From IMG/VR virus record IMGVR_UViG_3300027419_000023: a stretch of 64,000 nt of DNA. One strand, given 5' to 3'. Shown here in pieces: positions 59,291-64,000 of this stretch. The notes beneath the pieces are model-generated. The model was not told where the DNA came from, searched no databases, and worked only from the letters and a program-made list of their open reading frames with translations. This DNA is from a virus. Position 1 is the stretch's first letter. Every line of letters begins with the position of its first letter. Both the position numbers and the translations under genes were made by a program.

Positions 59291-59596
59291 TTATATATTT
59301 TTTAGTTTTCTTTGTAGTTTTTCGATTTCCTCGAGTATGTTTTGCTTTTCTTCCTCTTTCTTCGAATTTGCTCTTTCTGATTCCATGCTATTAACTACGT
59401 CCATAAGATCCCGAACGCTTTCTACTACCATACAGCTAATTAGAGGATTTTCTTCCTGAATATACTCTCCCAGAACTTGTCGTATTTCCTGATGTTCGTT
59501 TTTAGTTCCGTATTTTGACAAATGAATTAATTTGCTTCCGCACCCAATCGTATAATCGCAACCTTCTCCTTCTTGTTTCATGTAGAGATAATACAC
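59291..59596 (-). CDS. Hypothetical protein
   Basis: GEGCDYTIGCG motif; coiled-coil tail. Confidence 0.55.
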   Translation of the reverse strand: MYYLYMKQEGEGCDYTIGCGSKLIHLSKYGTKNEHQEIRQVLGEYIQEENPLISCMVVESVRDLMDVVNSMESERANSKKEEEKQNILEEIEKLQRKLKNI

Positions 59597-60214
59597 CTAA
59601 ATCGACCTCCAAACTTTAACGGTATTCTTCGGACTCCATATACCAGAATCTTGCCATTCAATTGGCTTGATACTGTGGACATACGGTACGCAACATGGGA
59701 TAGCTACGAGACTGCGAACCTTGCCTTTAACATGTTGCAAGATGTTCTGGAGACTAGCATGGCTATGGACAGCTACAATAACTACCCTTTCAAAATCTAA
59801 TAGAGTTGGATAGATTTCCTCAACTTTAGAATCATAGCATGTTAATCGTTGAATCTTTTCTTCGTAATCGCAACAATTCTTAAGCAACGGATCAATACTT
59901 ATACAATTCCATTTGGTCCGGAAGGCAAATAATGCGGCAGTCCTAGGAGTAGTACCATCTCCTACCGAAACCAAAGTAATATCAGGATCATTGAAGTCGT
60001 ACTGCTTGAGTTTGGTACGTACAGCATTTAATGCTCCATAACTTTCAGTGACTTCTTTCGCATCCGGAAATAGTCCTAGATGTAACATGTCGGATCCAGA
60101 CTTATTAAGTCTAATAAACTCATTCATGTAACGGTATTGGCCGTGATTGAAGGACCAGATTGTCTTATTGATAGCTTCTGAGAGTTCTGCATTATGCTTT
60201 GACATATTAATCAC
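59597..60214 (-). CDS. Putative class I SAM-dependent methyltransferase-like protein
   Basis: VSVGDG..PRT Gly-loop, SIDP, HSH, PCC. Confidence 0.45.
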   Translation of the reverse strand: MINMSKHNAELSEAINKTIWSFNHGQYRYMNEFIRLNKSGSDMLHLGLFPDAKEVTESYGALNAVRTKLKQYDFNDPDITLVSVGDGTTPRTAALFAFRTKWNCISIDPLLKNCCDYEEKIQRLTCYDSKVEEIYPTLLDFERVVIVAVHSHASLQNILQHVKGKVRSLVAIPCCVPYVHSIKPIEWQDSGIWSPKNTVKVWRSI

Positions 60215-60448
60215 CTTCCTACGAACATAAATCCGTTATCATGCCTAAGCAAAAGATCATGATCATTAGTGATCCTAAGAAACATATCATTCCTGCAGCA
60301 TCATCTCTATTCCATATATAAGCCGAAAATATTAGTGATCCAATAGCTATGATAGTTGATCCAACTATTCCTACTAATGCTAAAGTGTTATCTAACATAC
60401 TATCATATAAGTTGTTTTTCTATTTATAAGTTTTGGTTAGCAAAAAAG

Positions 60449-60886
60449 TTAAATAACGTTCTTCTCTTTCCTAGTACGCACTGCTGCTAAATTCGAATAT
60501 CCGTTGATGTCGTCCCAGGCGGACTCATCACCTTGGTCTCCACGAGCAATCCTGAACAACTTATCTACGACGCGAACTATTACTAGAAAATCCTTCATTT
60601 GATCTAGCTTAACACCATCTGGATAAAGTACTTCAAATATTTTATGAGAATTACCAAAACTATCTCCGTATTCAACCTGCTTTCGAGAAACCAATTTTGC
60701 GATTTCCAGAGCAACTTTTTCATATACGGTACCTAAGGGTTTAAGCGGTAACTTCTCTCGGGTCTCGTTATCCGGGCAATTCGCTGTATTCGATACCTGA
60801 CAATTGGTACATAATACCATATGTCCGTTCTGTTGACAACCAGTTATTTCTCCGTCTTTTATTAATATGGCCATAATTTTATTCAC
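60449..60886 (-). CDS. DUF1599/Nmad1-like all-helical protein
   Basis: K...YGDSF, DKL.RI, E....DI.GY. Confidence 0.6.
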   Translation of the reverse strand: MNKIMAILIKDGEITGCQQNGHMVLCTNCQVSNTANCPDNETREKLPLKPLGTVYEKVALEIAKLVSRKQVEYGDSFGNSHKIFEVLYPDGVKLDQMKDFLVIVRVVDKLFRIARGDQGDESAWDDINGYSNLAAVRTRKEKNVI

Positions 60887-61901
60887 CCCATTTCATTAGG
60901 AACAAATTACTAACGGCTTTCCAGGATAAACGACCATCCGGCATATTAGAGTCTTCTATTTCTTGTAGTGGTCTAAACACTATACCTTCACGTAAAGTAT
61001 CCGAGACGGTTGATTGGCCGTCTGCAAGACTCAGCAAGTCATCCACGGTGTGCTCTAAGGTCAACTTTCCAAGATACGGAACTAAGAAGTCCTTGCCTAG
61101 ACCAAAGGATTCTACTGCATCTTGCATGATATCCCAGTCCAAATACCTATGATTCGTCATGTCCCAGATGTTGAATACTCGGTAATACAGACCTTTCAGC
61201 CCGTATTTATTCTTCTGGATGCCCTCTCCAAAGAGTTCGCCCTGTAACGCAACATTTCCTAGCTGCTTTAGGATTTCCTGGATGTTATGTTCTGTTGCAT
61301 ATCGCCAATAAGCATCTCCATTAAATTTATGGTCGAAATCAGGTGCCAAATCTACGTTCCTAGAACAACAATGTAAACCAGTTTCCGGATCGTTATAATA
61401 ACTTGCGCTAGCGCCATCTAGCTTCTCTGTGAGGTTAAATTCCATGCCTTGATACTTCTCTAGTATCCTGGGAATGTTCTGGATTCGAACTTCGTCGGTT
61501 TTCGGTACAGCTAATCTATGAATTGGGCACCTTACTCGACCACGGAGTTGCACTGGTATCGGAGGTTCGTACTTTGTAATGCCTAGAAGTTCGCTGACGT
61601 CTTCATTTAGGGAATATGATCCTTCCGGCAAAATATCCATAGGGAAGCATATGCCCTGAGAGGTTGTACCACGTAGTCGGCACGTCCGAATCCTGAAGTG
61701 CTTGGACCTCATAAATTCGAATTCAGGCCGATCAGGTAGTAAGGAATCTGGCTCGCAGAATACAACGCTCTCTCCGATATGAAATTGTCCCTTTTTGACT
61801 ACAGATTTCCAGCCGTCAATTTGAGCCAGTTCAATGCTATCAGCATTCTTGATTGGTGTAATTCCTAGAATTTCCTTAACTGATGCCATATGGCGAGTCA
61901 T
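60879..61901 (-). CDS. ATP-dependent RNA ligase (DRB0094-like)
   Basis: I.PI.NAD.IE, TEKLDG, SRN, QGE..G.GIQ.N.Y, REG.V, S.K..S..FL. Confidence 0.9.
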   Translation of the reverse strand: MTRHMASVKEILGITPIKNADSIELAQIDGWKSVVKKGQFHIGESVVFCEPDSLLPDRPEFEFMRSKHFRIRTCRLRGTTSQGICFPMDILPEGSYSLNEDVSELLGITKYEPPIPVQLRGRVRCPIHRLAVPKTDEVRIQNIPRILEKYQGMEFNLTEKLDGASASYYNDPETGLHCCSRNVDLAPDFDHKFNGDAYWRYATEHNIQEILKQLGNVALQGELFGEGIQKNKYGLKGLYYRVFNIWDMTNHRYLDWDIMQDAVESFGLGKDFLVPYLGKLTLEHTVDDLLSLADGQSTVSDTLREGIVFRPLQEIEDSNMPDGRLSWKAVSNLFLMKWGE

Positions 61902-62612
61902 GTTAATCCCTCCGAAATGAAATTAATGCAGCTTTTGTTACATTCCATTCGGTCATTCATTATCTGTTCGTATTCCCGACACGGAATATTACTGTCATTT
62001 GCCGTGACACAAATAAAGTTTTCCTTGGCTAATTCTAACATAGCCTCCATCACGTTATTTTCGTCTTCAAGTTCTATCAGGAATGCTAGCCATCTATCCA
62101 CATCCTGCTTGAAATCAATACCTTCTGCTAGATCGTAACACTCCCCATCAATGTAACATTTTTCCATGCTATCGCCTCACTCGGCTTAACGACTGCAAGT
62201 ACTGTTTGCTAGATATCTCATGAGAAAGCCATGCCTTCTTGAGATTAGAAAGAGCTGGTTTAGTTGTAAACTGATCTTTCTGTTTGGATTCTAGCAGTTG
62301 CAACATCTTGATTCCGTAATCCATTGATCCATCTACTCTCCTAGTATACTTGAATATTGATCCCAGGAATTTTATTTTATTTCCTGGCATTATCCGGGAA
62401 TATACTAATGGTACCGCTGGAATCTCTTTTCCAACGGTCATAACTAAGTGATCGGCCACTAATCGATCTTTTAGTTTCACGGCTAACAACAACTTTTGCA
62501 GTGATGGTTTGCTAGCGAATCTTATTCCTCCGTGTCTTCGAAATCCTACATTAGCATCGAAGACGGTATTTCCCGATCCATTTTCGTAAAGTTCCTTGAG
62601 TTCCAGACGCAT
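61898..62612 (-). CDS. Hypothetical ORFs (61898-62167, 62169-62612)
   Basis: Operon head downstream of promoter at about 62664-62681. Confidence 0.5.
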
Positions 62613-62699
62613 AATTCAGTCCTCCTCTTCTATACTACATCAAACTAATACTTAAAATTTGTCTTTAAATACTTTTTGGTTGCTAACTTTTTACCCACT

Positions 62700-62900
62700 T
62701 TTTCTACTTACTTTACAGTATATACTTATACTAATATATACTTTATACTACTATATATAGTATATATAATAGTAATATAGTATAATATATAGTAATATAA
62801 GTAAGTAGTTAGTGATTATATAGTAATATAGTAGTTATATTGAAAATAAAAATTAGTTTTATATAAGCTAGTATAGAGAAATACCCTATTTTTAGAAATA
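62700..62900. repeat. AT-rich iteron-like element 2 (putative replication origin)
   Basis: TAGTAATATA at 62770, 62790, 62821; ends AGAGAAATACCCTATT like element 1. Confidence 0.6.
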
Positions 62901-63115
62901 GTACTTACCCATAGTGATTCCATGAAAATGACTTTATAGTTACCACTCTATACCGGATTTTAAGGCTGCTTTCATTGCAGCAATCTGTCTTGCTTTCCGG
63001 GACTTTCCGGATTTAGACAAGACTTTTACTTTTTCGCCAAAATTATTGATGACGTAGCCAGTACTAGTTACTTGGCCACAATCATCTGAACGGCTTATTC
63101 GATCAATGGTCATAG

Positions 63116-63424
63116 TTATAAAATTTCAACTAATCGGAATTCAATTCTTGATCCAGCGGGTAGTTCTTTAACTCCTTCAGGCAGCTTCGGACCGATATAT
63201 TGAGCTACGATCATTTTCTCGCCAGAAACCAACTTTACATTAATCCTAGCAAAAGGAATTTCAATACCGATTATACTAGATACTATAGCAGCAATATCTT
63301 TATGCCCTAAGCAAGACTCAAACGGAGCAAAATTTCTTACTTGATCAGCATTTAACGATTTTACATCTATTTGGCATGGAACATCAACCATGCTTAATGC
63401 AAATGCATTACCAATTTTAGTCAT
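63116..63424 (-). CDS. acrIII-1: Anti-CRISPR ring nuclease AcrIII-1 (DUF1874 / STIV B116 family)
   Basis: NAF..SM, S..GH...A, R..V.L..G, LPEG...L family signature. Confidence 0.85.
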   Translation of the reverse strand: MTKIGNAFALSMVDVPCQIDVKSLNADQVRNFAPFESCLGHKDIAAIVSSIIGIEIPFARINVKLVSGEKMIVAQYIGPKLPEGVKELPAGSRIEFRLVEIL

Positions 63425-63452
63425 TTCATTTCACTCCATATATTAGTAGTAC

Positions 63453-63869
63453 TTATAAGTTAATATAGTTTTTGGTTGCCGGAGCTAAGAAAACTCCAGT
63501 AGCTTCGTATGGTTTACATGCCCTAGGACATGTATTCTGAGCTTGGGCTAGTAAGGCTCCTCCTTGTTCTCGGATCGCAGAAAAGCATACATTCTTTGTT
63601 TTCTTATTCGACGAGATATATTCCTCTGCGATGATAATTATCTCGTCGTCTACCGCATCATCTGGATTCGCTTTTACCATTACTAGATTGTTATCTTGGA
63701 TAGTTATTGCTGCGGCTAGTAACTTATCGCTTCCGATTATCGTAGTGATATTGTAGGAGGTATCACGTCCAGGACGACTTATGAAGCCGCATTCTGGAAC
63801 CTCAAATCCGGGTTTGATAATGTTACCTTTTTGATGGAAAACCCTTCTCACTGTAGGTTTCATAACCAT
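63453..63869 (-). CDS. Hypothetical protein
   Basis: GGAGG RBS. Confidence 0.5.
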   Translation of the reverse strand: MVMKPTVRRVFHQKGNIIKPGFEVPECGFISRPGRDTSYNITTIIGSDKLLAAAITIQDNNLVMVKANPDDAVDDEIIIIAEEYISSNKKTKNVCFSAIREQGGALLAQAQNTCPRACKPYEATGVFLAPATKNYINL

Positions 63870-64000
63870 TCAACCTCCGTTGGATTAGCCTTTATGGCTT
63901 CGATGCTCTTCCTGGCTTTTCTTTCCGCTACGGATTCCATGACTAGTTTTCCTTTAGAGACTCTATACCAATGACTAGTATATTTTGAGTTTAGCCGAAA

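Noticed and set aside
1-64000. Stop-codon reassignment
   Set aside because: Conserved genes are full length in the standard code and end in TAA, TAG and TGA
1-64000. Integrated provirus boundary, integrase, reverse transcriptase or DGR
   Set aside because: No integrase, RT, template/variable repeat pair or host housekeeping block seen in this window

Overview
This 64 kb window is part of a large tailed dsDNA virus (Caudoviricetes). The host is very probably a euryarchaeon, plausibly a methanogen (inference). Support for that: about 25 BRE+TATA-type promoters, GGAGG/GAGGTG ribosome sites, archaeal-type ThyA, Hpt, PolB and RFC, and a TFB-type Zn ribbon. Most genes are on the minus strand, with plus-strand islands of short paralogous ORFs. 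Recognisable modules: (1) dispersed packaging genes: portal, TerL with a Pro-starting LAGLIDADG intein, and a probable TerS; (2) replication: PolB, sliding clamp, RFC-like and gp62-like clamp loader subunits, DinG/XPD helicase, exonucleases; (3) a 7-deazaguanine DNA-modification pathway (folE, queD, queE, queC, two tandem TGT/DpdA paralogs) plus a Dam-like methylase; (4) nucleotide and RNA metabolism: ThyA, Hpt, HAD, HD, metallophosphoesterases, RNA ligase; (5) an AcrIII-1 ring nuclease; (6) an odd tRNA-Thr(AGU) and three tRNA-like RNAs; (7) two homologous AT-rich, iteron-bearing, origin-like elements 56 kb apart. Best candidate for an undescribed system: both DpdA paralogs carry, at or near the C-terminus, the same clamp-binding-like motif (xxx[LM]Fx[FY]) as PolB and the clamp loader. 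This suggests deazaguanine insertion into DNA that is tethered to the sliding clamp and coupled to replication. All annotations come from motif recognition by eye; no searches were run.
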